A DNA stretch of 64,000 nucleotides from Lytechinus pictus (taxonomy: Eukaryota), in assembly GCF_037042905.1 (NCBI RefSeq), contig NC_087251.1, forward strand, positions 36,644,001 through 36,708,000, read 5' to 3'. The notes beneath the pieces were generated by a model. It worked only from the letters and a program-made list of their open reading frames with translations. It was not told the DNA's origin and ran no database searches. Below are positions 50,701 to 64,000 of this stretch, piece by piece; position 1 is the first letter of the stretch; every line of letters begins with the position of its first letter. The translations under genes were made by a program, and so were the position numbers.

Positions 50701-53700
50701 TCCCTGGGATGTTTTAGCATCCTAATCGATTATTACAGCGAGAATCAAGAGGATCCAGGGAGTTTGAATTTTCGACCCCCTCGCCCCACCCGCGACATGG
50801 AAAATTGGGCAAAATTGGCCAAAATTGAGCAAAATAATATTTGTTCAATATTTCCCCCGAAACCCCCCCAAATCAGCCGTCTTCGCTCCCTGGGATGTTT
50901 TAGCATCCTAACCGATTATTACAGCGAGAATGAAGAGAATCAAGAGGTTCCAGGGAGTTTTAATTTTCGACCCCCTCGCCCCACCCGCGACATGGAAAAT
51001 TTGCCAAAATTGAGCAAAATAATATTTGTTCAATATTTCCCCCAAAACCCCCGCAAATCAGCCGTCTTCGCTCCCTGGAATGTTTTAGCATCCTAACCGA
51101 TTATTACAGCGAGAATCAAGAGGATCCAAGGAATTTGAATTTTCGACCCCCTCGCCCCACCCGCGACATGGAAAATTGGGCAAAATTGGCCAAAATTGAG
51201 CAAAATAATATTTGTTCAATATATCCCCCGAAACCCCCCCAAATCAGCCGTCTGCACTCCCTGGGATGTTTTAGCATCCTTACCGATTGTTACAGCGAGA
51301 ATCCAGAGGATCCAGAGAGTTTGAATTTTCGACCCCTTCGCCCCACCCACGACATGCAAAATTTTGCAAAATGTGCCAAAATTGAGCAAAATAATATTTG
51401 TTCAATATTTCCCCCGAAACCCCCCCAAATCAGCCGTCTTCGCTCCCTGGGATGTTTTAGCATCCTAACCGATTATTACAGCGAGAATCAAGAGGATCCA
51501 GGGAGTTTGAATTTTCGACCCCCTCGCCCCACCCGCGACATGGAAAATTGGGCAAAATTGGCCAAAATTGAGCAAAATAATATTTGTTCAATATTTCCCC
51601 CGAAACCCCCCCAAATCAGCCGTCTTCGCTCCCTGGAATGTTTTAGCATCCTAACTGATTATTACATCGAGAATCAAGAGGATCCAGGGAGTTTGAATTT
51701 TCGACACCCTCGCCCCATCCACGACATGGAAAATTGGGCAAAATTGGCAAAAATAATACTTGTTCAGTATTTCCCCCGAATCCCCCCAAATCAGCCATCT
51801 CCGCTCCCTGGGATGTTTTAGCATCCTAACCGATTATTATAGCGAGAATCAAGAGGATCCAGGGATTTTGAATTTTCGACCCCCTCGCCCCAACCGCGAC
51901 ATGGAAAATTGGGCAAAATTGACCAAAATTGAGCAAAATAATATTTGTTCAATATTTCCCCCGAAACCCCCCCAAATCAGCCGTCTTCGCTCCCTGGGAT
52001 GTTTTAGCATCCTTACCTATTATTACAGCGAGAATCCAGAGGATCCAGAGAGTTTGAATTTTCGACCCCTTCGCCCCACCCACGACATGGAAAATTGGGC
52101 AAAATTGAGCAAAATAATATTTGTTCAATATTTCCCCCGAAACCCCCTCAAATCAGCTGTCTTCGCTCCCTGGGATGTTTTAGCATCCTAACCGATTATT
52201 ACAGCGAGAATCAAGAGGATCCAGGGAGTTTGAATTTTCGACCCCCTCGCGACATGGAAAATTAGGCAAAATTTGCCAAAATTGAGGAAATTAATATTTG
52301 TTCAATATTTCCCCCGAATCGCCCCCAAATCAGCCGTCTTCGCTCCTTGGGATGTTTTAGCATCCTAACCGATTATTACAGCGAGAATCAAGAGAATCAA
52401 GAGGATCCAGGGAGTTTGAATTTTCGACCCCATTGCCCCACCCGCGACATGGAAAATTGGGCAAAATTGAGCAAAATAATATTTGTTCAATATTTCCCCC
52501 GAAACCCCCTCAAATCAGCTGTCTTCGCTCCCTGGGATGTTTTAGCATCCTAACCGATTATTACAGCGAGAATCAAGAGGATCCAGGGAGTTTGAATTTT
52601 CGACCCCATTGCCCCACCCGCGACATGGAAAATTGGGCAAAATTGGCCAAAATTGAGCAAAGTAATATTTGTTCAATATTTCCCCCGAAACCCCCCCAAA
52701 TCAGCCGTCTTCGCTCCCTGGGATGTTTTAGCATCCTAACCGATTATTACAGCGAGAATCAAGAGGATCCAGGGAGTTTGAATTTTCGACCCCCTCGCCC
52801 CACCCGCGACATGGAAAATTGGGCAAAATTGGCCAAAATTGAGCAAAATAATAATTGTTCAATATTTCCTCCGAAACCCCCCCAAATCAGCCGTCTTCGC
52901 TCCCTGGGATGTTTTAGCATCCTAACCGATTATTACAGCGAGAATCATGAGGATCCAGGGAGTTTGAATTTTTGACCCCCTCGCCCCACCCGCGACATGG
53001 AAAATTGGGCAAAATTGGCAAAAATAATATTTGTTCAGTATTTCCCCCGAAACCCCCCCAAATCAGCCGTCTTCGCTCCCTGGGATGTTTTAGCATCCTA
53101 ACCGATTATTATAGCGAGAATCAAGAGGATCCAGGGAGTTTGAATTTTCGACCCCATCGCCCCACCCGCGACATGGAAAATTGGGCAAAATTGGCCAAAA
53201 TTGAGCAAAATAATATTTGTTCAATATTTCCCCCGAAACCCCCCCAAATCAGCCGTCTTCGCTCCCTGGGATGTTTTAGCATCCTAACCGATTATTATAG
53301 CGAGAATCAAGAGGATCCAGGGAGTTTGAATTTTCGACCCCCTCGCCCCACCCGCGACATGGAAAATTGGGCAAAATTGGGCAAAAGTGAGCAAAATAAT
53401 ATTTGTTCAATATTTCCCCCAAAACCCCCGCAAATCAGCCGTCTTCGCTCCCTGGAATGTTTTAGCATCCTAACCGATTATTACAGCGAGAATCAAGAGG
53501 ATCCAAGGAATTTGAATTTTCGACCCCCTCGCCCCACCTGCGACATGGAAAATTGGCCAAAATTGAGCAAAATAATATTTGTTCAATATTTCCCCCGAAA
53601 CCCCCCCAAATCAGCCGTCTTCGCTCCCTGGGATGTTTTAGCATCCTTACCTATTATTACAGTGAGAATCCAGAGGATCCAGAGAGTTTGAATTTTCGAC

Positions 53701-56700
53701 CCCTTCGCCCCACCCACGACATGGAAAATTGGGCAAAATTTGCCAAAATTGAGCAAAATAATATTTGTTCAATATTTCCCCCGAAACCCCCCCAAATCAG
53801 CCGTCTTCACTCCCTGGGATGTTTTAGCATCCTAACCGATTATTACAGCGAGAATCATGAGGATCCAGGGAGTTTGAATTTTTGACCCCCTCGCCCCACC
53901 TGCGACATGGAAAATTGGGCAAAATTGGCCAAAATTGAGCAAAATAATATTTGTTCAATATTTCCCCCGAAACCCCCCCAAATCAGCCGTCTTTGCTCCC
54001 TGGAATGTTTTAGCATCCTTATCGATTATTACAGCGTGAATCCAGAGGATCCAGAGAGTTTGAATTTTCGACCCCTTCGCCCCACCCACGACATGGAAAA
54101 TTGGGCAAAATTGGGCAAAATTGAGCAAAATAATATTTGTTCAATATTTCCCCGAAACCCCCTCAAATCAGCCGTCTTTGCTCCCTGGGATGTTTTAGCA
54201 TCCTAATCGATTATTACAGCGAGAATCAAGAGGATCCAGGGAGTTTGAATTTTCGACCCCCTCGCCCCACCCGCGACATGGAAAATTGGGCAAAATTGGC
54301 CAAAATTGAGCAAAATAATATTTGTTCAATATTTCCCCCGAAACCCCCCCAAATCAGCCGTCTTCACTCCCTGGAATGTTTTAGCATCCTAACTGATTAT
54401 TACATCGAGAATCAAGAGGATCCAGGGAGTTTGAATTTTCGACACCCTCGCCCCATCCACGACATGGAAAATTGGGCAAAATTGGCAAAAATAATACTTG
54501 TTCAGTATTTCCCCCGAATCCCCCCAAATCAGCCATCTCCGCTCCCTGGGATGTTTTAGCATCCTAACCGATTATTATAGCGAGAATCAAGAGGATCCAG
54601 GGATTTTGAATTTTCGACCCCCTCGCCCCAACCGCGACATGGAAAATTGGGCAAAATTGACCAAAATTGAGCAAAATAATATTTGTTCAATATTTCCCCC
54701 GAAACCCCCCCAAATCAGCCGTCTTCGCTCCCTGGGATGTTTTAGCATCCTTACCTATTATTACAGCGAGAATCCAGAGGATCCAGAGAGTTTGAATTTT
54801 CGACCCCTTCGCCCCACCCACGACATGGAAAATTGGGATAAATTTGCCAAAATTGAGCAAAATAATATTTGTTCAATATTTCCCCCGAAACCCCCCCAAA
54901 TCAGCCGTCTTCACTCCCGGGGATGTTTTAGCATCCTAACCGATTATTACAGCGAGAATCATGAGGATCCAGGGAGTTTGAATTTTTGACCCCCTCGCCC
55001 CACCTGCGACATGGAAAATTGGGCAAAATTGGCCAAAATTGAGCAAAATAATATTTGTTCAATATTTCCCCCGAAACCCCCCCAAATCAGCCGTCTTTGC
55101 TCCCTGGAATGTTTTAGCATCCTTACCGATTATTACAGCGAGAATCCAGAGGATCCAGAGAGTTTGAATTTTCGACCCCTTCGCCCCACCCACGACATGG
55201 AAAATTGGGCAAAATTGGGCAAAATTGGGCAAAATTGAGCAAAATAATATTTGTTCAATATTTCCCCGAAACCCCCTCAAATCAGCCGTCTTCGCTCCCT
55301 GGGATGTTTTAGCATCCTAACCGATTATTACAGCGAGAATCAAGAGGATCCAGAGAGTTTGAATTTTCGACCCCTCGCCCCACCCGCGACATGGAAAATT
55401 GGGCAAAATTGGCCAAAATTGAGCAAAATAATATTTGTTCAATATTTCCCCCGAAACCCCCCCAAATCAGCCGTCTTCGCTCCCTGGGATGTTTTAGCAT
55501 CCTAACCGATTATTACAGCGAGAATGAAGAGAATCAAAAGGATCCAGGGAGTTTGAATTTTCGACCCCCTCGCCCCACCCGCGACATGGAAAATTGGGCA
55601 AAATTGACCAAAATTGAGCAAAATAATATTTGTTCAATATTTCCCCCGAAACCCCCCCAAATCAGCCGTCTTCGCTCCCTGGGATGTTTTAGCATCCTAA
55701 CCGATTATTATAGCGAGAATCAAGAGGATCCAGGGAGTTTGAATTTTCGACCCCATCGCCCCACCCGCGACATGGAAAATTGGGCAAAATTGGCCAAAAT
55801 TGAGCAAAATAATATTTGTTCAATATTTCCCCCGAAACCCCCCCAAATCAGCCGTCTTCGCTCCCTGGGATGTTTTAGCATCCTAACCGATTATTATAGC
55901 GAGAATCAAGAGGATCCAGGGAGTTTGAATTTTCGACCCCTTCGCCCCACCCGCGACATGGAAAATTGGGCAAAATTGGGCAAAATTGAGCAAAATAATA
56001 TTTGTTCAATATTTCCCCCAAAACCCCCGCAAATCAGCCGTCTTCGCTCCCTGGAATGTTTTAGCATCCTAACCGATTATTACAGCGAGAATCAAGAGGA
56101 TCCAAGGAATTTGAATTTTCGACCCCCTCGCCCCACCTGCGACATGGAAAATTGGCCAAAATTGAGCAAAATAATATTTGTTCAATATTTCCCCCGAAAC
56201 CCCCCCAAATCAGCCGTCTTCGCTCCCTGGGATGTTTTAGCATCCTTACCTATTATTACAGTGAGAATCCAGAGGATCCAGAGAGTTTGAATTTTCGACC
56301 CCTTCGCCCCACCCACGACATGGAAAATTGGGCAAAATTGAGCAAAATAATATTTGTTCAATATTTCCCCCGAAACCCCCCCAAATCAGCCGTCTTCACT
56401 CCCTGGGATGTTTTAGCATCCTAACCGATTATTACAGCGAGAATCATGAGGATCCAGGGAGTTTGAATTTTTGACCCCCAAGCCCCACCTGCGACATGGA
56501 AAATTGGGCAAAATTGGCCAAAATTGAGCAAAATAATATTTGTTCAACATTTCCCCCGAAACCCCCCCAAATCAGCCGTCTTCGCTCCCTGGAATGTTTT
56601 AGCATCCTAACTGATTATTACATCGAGAATCAAGAGGATCCAGGGAGTTTGAATTTTCGACACCCTCGCCCCATCCACGACATGGAAAATTGGGCAAAAT

Positions 56701-59700
56701 TGGCAAAAATAATACTTGTTCAGTATTTCCCCCGAATCCCCCCAAATCAGCCATCTCCGCTCCCTGGGATGTTTTAGCATCCTAACCGATTATTATAGCG
56801 AGAATCAAGAGGATCCAGGGATTTTGAATTTTCGACCCCCTCGCCCCAACCGCGACATGGAAAATTGGGCAAAATTGACCAAAATTGAGCAAAATAATAT
56901 TTGTTCAATATTTCCCCCGAAACCCCCCCAAATCAGCCGTCTTCGCTCCCTGGGATGTTTTAGCATCCTTACCTATTATTACAGCGAGAATCCAGAGGAT
57001 CCAGAGAGTTTGAATTTTCGACCCCTTCGCCCCACCCACGACATGGAAAATTGGGATAAATTTGCCAAAATTGAGCAAAATAATATTTGTTCAATATTTC
57101 CCCCGAAACCCCCCAAATCAGCCGTCTTCACTCCCGGGGATGTTTTAGCATCCTAACCGATTATTACAGCGAGAATCATGAGGATCCAGGGAGTTTGAAT
57201 TTTTGACCCCCTCGCCCCACCTGCGACATGGAAAATTGGGCAAAATTGGCCAAAATTGAGCAAAATAATATTTGTTCAATATTTCCCCCGAAACCCCCCC
57301 AAATCAGCCGTCTTTGCTCCCTGGAATGTTTTAGCATCCTTACCGATTATTACAGCGAGAATCCAGAGGATCCAGAGAGTTTGAATTTTCGACCCCTTCG
57401 CCCCACCCACGACATGGAAAATTGGGGAAAATTGGGCAAAATTGGGCAAAATTGAGCAAAATAATATTTGTTCAATATTTCCCCGAAACCCCCTCAAATC
57501 AGCCGTCTTCGCTCCTTGGGATGTTTTAGCATCCTAACCGATTATTACAGCGAGAATCAAGAGGATCCAGGGAGTTTGAATTTTCGACCCCTCGCCCCAC
57601 CCGCGACATGGAAAATTGGGCAAAATTGGCCAAAATTGAGCAAAATAATATTTGTTCAATATTTCCCCCGAAACCCCCCCAAATCAGCCGTCTTCGCTCC
57701 CTGGGATGTTTTAGCATCCTAACCGATTATTACAGCGAGAATGAAGAGAATCAAAAGGATCCAGGGAGTTTGAATTTTCGACCCCCTCGCCCCACCCGCG
57801 ACATGGAAAATTGGGCAAAATTGACCAAAATTTAGCAAAATAAAATTTGTTCAATATTTCCCCCGAAACCCCCCCAAATCAGCCGTCTTCGCTCCCTGGG
57901 ATGTTTTAGCATCCTAACCGATTATTATAGCGAGAATCAAGAGGATCCAGGGAGTTTGAATTTTCGACCCCATCGCCCCACCCGCGACATGGAAAATTGG
58001 GCAAAATTGGCCAAAATTGAGCAAAATAATATTTGTTCAATATTTCCCCCGAAACCCCCCCAAATCAGCCGTCTTCGCTCCCTGGGATGTTTTAGCATCC
58101 TAACCGATTATTATAGCGAGAATCAAGAGGATCCAGGGAGTTTGAATTTTCGACCCCCTCGCCCCACCCGCGACATGGAAAATTGGGCAAAATTGGGCAA
58201 AATTGAGCAAAATAATATTTGTTCAATATTTCCCCCAAAACCCCCGCAAATCAGCCGTCTTCGCTCCCTGGAATGTTTTAGCATCCTAACCGATTATTAC
58301 AGCGAGAATCAAGAGGATCCAAGGAATTTGAATTTTCGACCCCCTCGCCCCACCTGCGACATGGAAAATTGGCCAAAATTGAGCAAAATAATATTTGTTC
58401 AATATTTCCCCCGAAACCCCCCCAAATCAGCCGTCTTCGCTCCCTGGGATGTTTTAGCATCCTTACCTATTATTACAGTGAGAATCCAGAGGATCCAGAG
58501 AGTTTGAATTTTCGACCCCTTCGCCCCACCCACGACATGGAAAATTGGGCAAAATTGAGCAAAATAATATTTGTTCAATATTTCCCCCGAAACCCCCCCA
58601 AATCAGCCGTCTTCACTCCCTGGGATGTTTTAGCATCCTAACCGATTATTACAGCGAGAATCATGAGGATCCAGGGAGTTTGAATATTTGACCCCCTCGC
58701 CCCACCTGCGACATGGAAAATTGGGCAAAATTGGCCAAAATTGAGCAAAATAATATTTGTTCAATATTTCCCCCGAAACCCCCCCAAATCAGCCGTCTTT
58801 GCTCCCTGGAATGTTTTAGCATCCTTACCGATTATTACAGCGTGAATCCAGAGGATCCAGAGAGTTTGAATTTTCGACCCCTTCGCCCCACCCACGACAT
58901 GGAAAATTGGGCAAAATTGGGCAAAATTGGGCAAAATTGAGCAAAATAATATTTGTTCAATATTTCCCCGAAACCCCCTCAAATCAGCCGTCTTTGCTCC
59001 CTGGGATGTTTTAGCATCCTAATCGATTATTACAGCGAGAATCAAGAGGATCCAGGGAGTTTGAATTTTCGACCCCCTCGCCCCACCCGCGACATGGAAA
59101 ATTGGGCAAAATTGGCCAAAATTGAGCAAAATAATATTTGTTCAATATTTCCCCCGAAACCCCCCCAAATCAGCCGTCTTCGCTCCCTGGGATGTTTTAG
59201 CATCCTAACCGATTATTACAGCGAGAATGAAGAGAATCAAGAGGTTCCAGGGAGTTTGAATTTTCGACCCCCTCGCCCCACCCGCGACATGGAAAATTGG
59301 GCAAAATTTGCCAAAATTGAGCAAAATAATATTTGTTCAATATTTCCCCCAAAACCCCCGCAAATCAGCCGTCTTCGCTCCCTGGAATGTTTTAGCATCC
59401 TAACCGATTATTACAGCGAGAATCAAGAGGATCCAAGGAATTTGAATTTTCGACCCCCTCGCCCCACCCGCGACATGGAAAATTGGGCAAAATTGGCCAA
59501 AATTGAGCAAAATAATATTTGTTCAATATTTCCCCCGAAACCCCCCCAAATCAGCCGTCTGCACTCCCTGGGATGTTTTAGCATCCTTACCGATTGTTAC
59601 AGCGAGAATCCAGAGGATCCAGAGAGTTTGAATTTTCGACCCCTTCGCCCCACCCACGACATGCAAAATTTTGCAAAATGTGCCAAAATTGAGCAAAATA

Positions 59701-62700
59701 ATATTTGTTCAATATTTCCCCCGAAACCCCCCCAAATCAGCCGTCTTCGCTCCCTGGGATGTTTTAGCATCCTAACCGATTATTACAGCGAGAATCAAGA
59801 GGATCCAGGGAGTTTGAATTTTCTACCCCCTCGCCCCACCCGCGACATGGAAAATTGGGCAAAATTGGCCAAAATTGAGCAAAATAATATTTGTTCAATA
59901 TTTCCCCCGAAACCCCCCCAAATCAGCCGTCTTCGCTCCCTGGAATGTTTTAGCATCCTAACTGATTATTACATCGAGAATCAAGAGGATCCAGGGAGTT
60001 TGAATTTTCGACACCCTCGCCCCATCCACGACATGGAAAATTGGGCAAAATTGGCAAAAATAATACTTGTTCAGTATTTCCCCCGAATCCCCCCAAATCA
60101 GCCATCTCCGCTCCCTGGGATGTTTTAGCATCCTAACCGATTATTATAGCGAGAATCAAGAGGATCCAGGGATTTTGAATTTTCGACCCCCTCGCCCCAA
60201 CCGCGACATGGAAAATTGGGCAAAATTGACCAAAATTGAGCAAAATAATATTTGTTCAATATTTCCCCCGAAACCCCCCCAAATCAGCCGTCTTCGCTCC
60301 CTGGGATGTTTTAGCATCCTTACCTATTATTACAGCGAGAATCCAGAGGATCCAGAGAGTTTGAATTTTCGACCCCTTCGCCCCACCCACGACATGGAAA
60401 ATTGGGATAAATTTGCCAAAATTGGGCAAAATTGAGCAAAATAATATTTGTTCAATATTTCCCCGAAACCCCCTCAAATCAGCCGTCTTCGCTCCCTGGG
60501 ATGTTTTAGCATCCTAACCGATTATTACAGCGAGAATCAAGAGGATCCAGGGAGTTTGAATTTTCGACCCCTCGCCCCACCCGCGACATGGAAAATTGGG
60601 CAAAATTGGCCAAAATTGAGCAAAATAATATTTGTTCAATATTTCCCCCGAAACCCCCCCAAATCAGCCGTCTTTGCTCCCTGGAATGTTTTAGCATCCT
60701 TACCGATTATTACAGCGTGAATCCAGAGGATCCAGAGAGTTTGAATTTTCGACCCCTTCGCCCCACCCACGACATGGAAAATTGGGCAAAATTGGGCAAA
60801 ATTGAGCAAAATAATATTTGTTCAATATTTCCCCCGAAACCCCCTCAAATCAGCCGTCTTTGCTCCCTGGGATGTTTTAGCATCCTAATCGATTATTACA
60901 GCGAGAATCAAGAGGATCCAGGGAGTTTGAATTTTCGACCCCCTCGCCCCACCCGCGACATGGAAAATTGGGCAAAATTGGCCAAAATTGAGCAAAATAA
61001 TATTTGTTCAATATTTCCCCCGAAACCCCCCCAAATCAGCCGTCTTCGCTCCCTGGGATGTTTTAGCATCCTAACCGATTATTACAGCGAGAATGAAGAG
61101 AATCAAGAGGTTCCAGGGAGTTTTAATTTTCGACCCCCTCGCCCCACCCGCGACATGGAAAATTTGCCAAAATTGAGCAAAATAATATTTGTTCAATATT
61201 TCCCCCAAAACCCCCGCAAATCAGCCGTCTTCGCTCCCTGGAATGTTTTAGCATCCTAACCGATTATTACAGCGAGAATCAAGAGGATCCAAGGAATTTG
61301 AATTTTCGACCCCCTCGCCCCACCCGCGACATGGAAAATTGGGCAAAATTGGCCAAAATTGAGCAAAATAATATTTGTTCAATATATCCCCCGAAACCCC
61401 CCCAAATCAGCCGTCTGCACTCCCTGGGATGTTTTAGCATCCTTACCGATTGTTACAGCGAGAATCCAGAGGATCCAGAGAGTTTGAATTTTCGACCCCT
61501 TCGCCCCACCCACGACATGCAAAATTTTGCAAAATGTGCCAAAATTGAGCAAAATAATATTTGTTCAATATTTCCCCCGAAACCCCCCCAAATCAGCCGT
61601 CTTCGCTCCCTGGGATGTTTTAGCATCCTAACCGATTATTACAGCGAGAATCAAGAGGATCCAGGGAGTTTGAATTTTCGACCCCCTCGCCCCACCCGCG
61701 ACATGGAAAATTGGGCAAAATTGGCCAAAATTGAGCAAAATAATATTTGTTCAATATTTCCCCCGAAACCCCCCCAAATCAGCCGTCTTCGCTCCCTGGA
61801 ATGTTTTAGCATCCTAACTGATTATTACATCGAGAATCAAGAGGATCCAGGGAGTTTGAATTTTCGACACCCTCGCCCCATCCACGACATGGAAAATTGG
61901 GCAAAATTGGCAAAAATAATACTTGTTCAGTATTTCCCCCGAATCCCCCCAAATCAGCCATCTCCGCTCCCTGGGATGTTTTAGCATCCTAACCGATTAT
62001 TATAGCGAGAATCAAGAGGATCCAGGGATTTTGAATTTTCGACCCCCTCGCCCCAACCGCGACATGGAAAATTGGGCAAAATTGACCAAAATTGAGCAAA
62101 ATAATATTTGTTCAATATTTCCCCCGAAACCCCCCCAAATCAGCCGTCTTCGCTCCCTGGGATGTTTTAGCATCCTTACCTATTATTACAGCGAGAATCC
62201 AGAGGATCCAGAGAGTTTGAATTTTCGACCCCTTCGCCCCACCCACGACATGGAAAATTGGGCAAAATTGAGCAAAATAATATTTGTTCAATATTTCCCC
62301 CGAAACCCCCTCAAATCAGCTGTCTTCGCTCCCTGGGATGTTTTAGCATCCTAACCGATTATTACAGCGAGAATCAAGAGGATCCAGGGAGTTTGAATTT
62401 TCGACCCCCTCGCGACATGGAAAATTAGGCAAAATTTGCCAAAATTGAGGAAATTAATATTTGTTCAATATTTCCCCCGAATCGCCCCCAAATCAGCCGT
62501 CTTCGCTCCTTGGGATGTTTTAGCATCCTAACCGATTATTACAGCGAGAATCAAGAGAATCAAGAGGATCCAGGGAGTTTGAATTTTCGACCCCATTGCC
62601 CCACCCGCGACATGGAAAATTGGGCAAAATTGAGCAAAATAATATTTGTTCAATATTTCCCCCGAAACCCCCTCAAATCAGCTGTCTTCGCTCCCTGGGA

Positions 62701-64000
62701 TGTTTTAGCATCCTAACCGATTATTACAGCGAGAATCAAGAGGATCCAGGGAGTTTGAATTTTCGACCCCATTGCCCCACCCGCGACATGGAAAATTGGG
62801 CAAAATTGGCCAAAATTGAGCAAAGTAATATTTGTTCAATATTTCCCCCGAAACCCCCCCAAATCAGCCGTCTTCGCTCCCTGGGATGTTTTAGCATCCT
62901 AACCGATTATTACAGCGAGAATCAAGAGGATCCAGGGAGTTTGAATTTTCGACCCCCTCGCCCCACCCGCGACATGGAAAATTGGGCAAAATTGGCCAAA
63001 ATTGAGCAAAATAATAATTGTTCAATATTTCCTCCGAAACCCCCCCAAATCAGCCGTCTTCGCTCCCTGGGATGTTTTAGCATCCTAACCGATTATTACA
63101 GCGAGAATCATGAGGATCCAGGGAGTTTGAATTTTTGACCCCCTCGCCCCACCCGCGACATGGAAAATTGGGCAAAATTTGCCAAAATTGAGCAAAATAA
63201 TATTTGTTCAATATTTCCCCTGAAACCCCCCAAAATCAGCAGTCTTTGCTACCTGGGATGTTTTAGCATCCTAACCGATTATTACAGCGAGAATCAAGAG
63301 GATCCAGGGAGTTTGAATTTTCGACCCCATTGCCCCACCCGCGACATGGAAAATTGGGCAAAATTGGCCAAAATTGAGCAAAATAATATTTGTTCAATAT
63401 TTCCCCCAAAACCCCCCCAAATCAGCCGTCTTCGCTCCCTGGGATGTTTTAGCATCCTAACCGATTATAACAGCGAGAATCAAGAGGATCCAGGGAGTTT
63501 GAATTTTCGACCCCCTCGCGACATGGAAAATTGGGCAAAATTGGCCAAAATTGAGGAAATTAATATTTGTTCAATATTTCCCCCGAATCGCCCCCAAATC
63601 AGCCGTCTTTGCTCCCTGGGATGTTTTAGCATCCTAACCGATTATAACAGCGAGAATCAAGAGGATCCAGGGAGTTTGAACTTTCGCCCCCCTCGCCCCA
63701 CCCGCGACATGGAAAATTGGCCAAAATTGAGCAAAATAATATTTGTTCAATATTTCCCCCGAAACCCCCCCAAATCAGCCGTCTTCGCTCCCTGGGATGT
63801 TTTAGCATCCTAACCGATTATTACAGCGAGAATCAAGAGGATGCTGGGAGTTTAAATTTTTGACCCCATTGCCCCACCCGCGACATGGAAAATTGGGCAA
63901 AATTGGCCAAAATTGAGCAAAATAATATTTGTTCAATATTTCCCCCGAAACCCCCCCAAATCAGCCGTCTTCGCTCCCTGGGATGTTTTAGCATCCTAAC
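38706..64000. repeat. 186-bp satellite DNA array (>25 kb, runs off the window) with higher-order repeats
   Basis: Monomer ATGGAAAATTGGGCAAAATTGGCCAAAATTGAGCAAAATAATATTTG...CCCCACCCGCGAC (for example 40205 to 40391 = 186 bp). Length variants arise from gain or loss of a 10-bp subrepeat and from a 9-bp duplication. Confidence 0.99.

Noticed and set aside
39341..63813. Many repeat-protein ORFs (MENWAKLAKIEQ...)
   Set aside because: They are translations of the 186-bp satellite with frequent frame-breaking indels.

Overview
AT-rich, repeat-dense animal genomic DNA. The repeat families resemble those of sea urchins, but this is an inference and not confirmed. No intact host protein-coding gene is evident. 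Bases 1-38.7 kb are a pile-up of nested transposons: Helentron-type HINEs with ~163-bp internal repeats, Kolobok-, Harbinger-, Merlin- and hAT-type MITEs, a 2.1-kb foldback element, a degenerate spliced hAT transposase, and a near-intact CR1/L2-group LINE (22.25-26.74 kb). There is also a cluster of five CAC...GAGTG elements with 8-bp TSDs, nested four levels deep. From 38.7 kb to the window end lies a 186-bp satellite with layered higher-order repeats (1.1, 1.9, 2.2 and ~10.17 kb). The most striking signal is a hairpin MITE in the LINE 3' UTR (25940-26368). It carries massive A-to-G changes on the LINE sense strand with an ADAR-like neighbour bias, consistent with a hyper-edited RNA reverse-transcribed into the genome. 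The related MITE in the same LINE's ORF is unedited.
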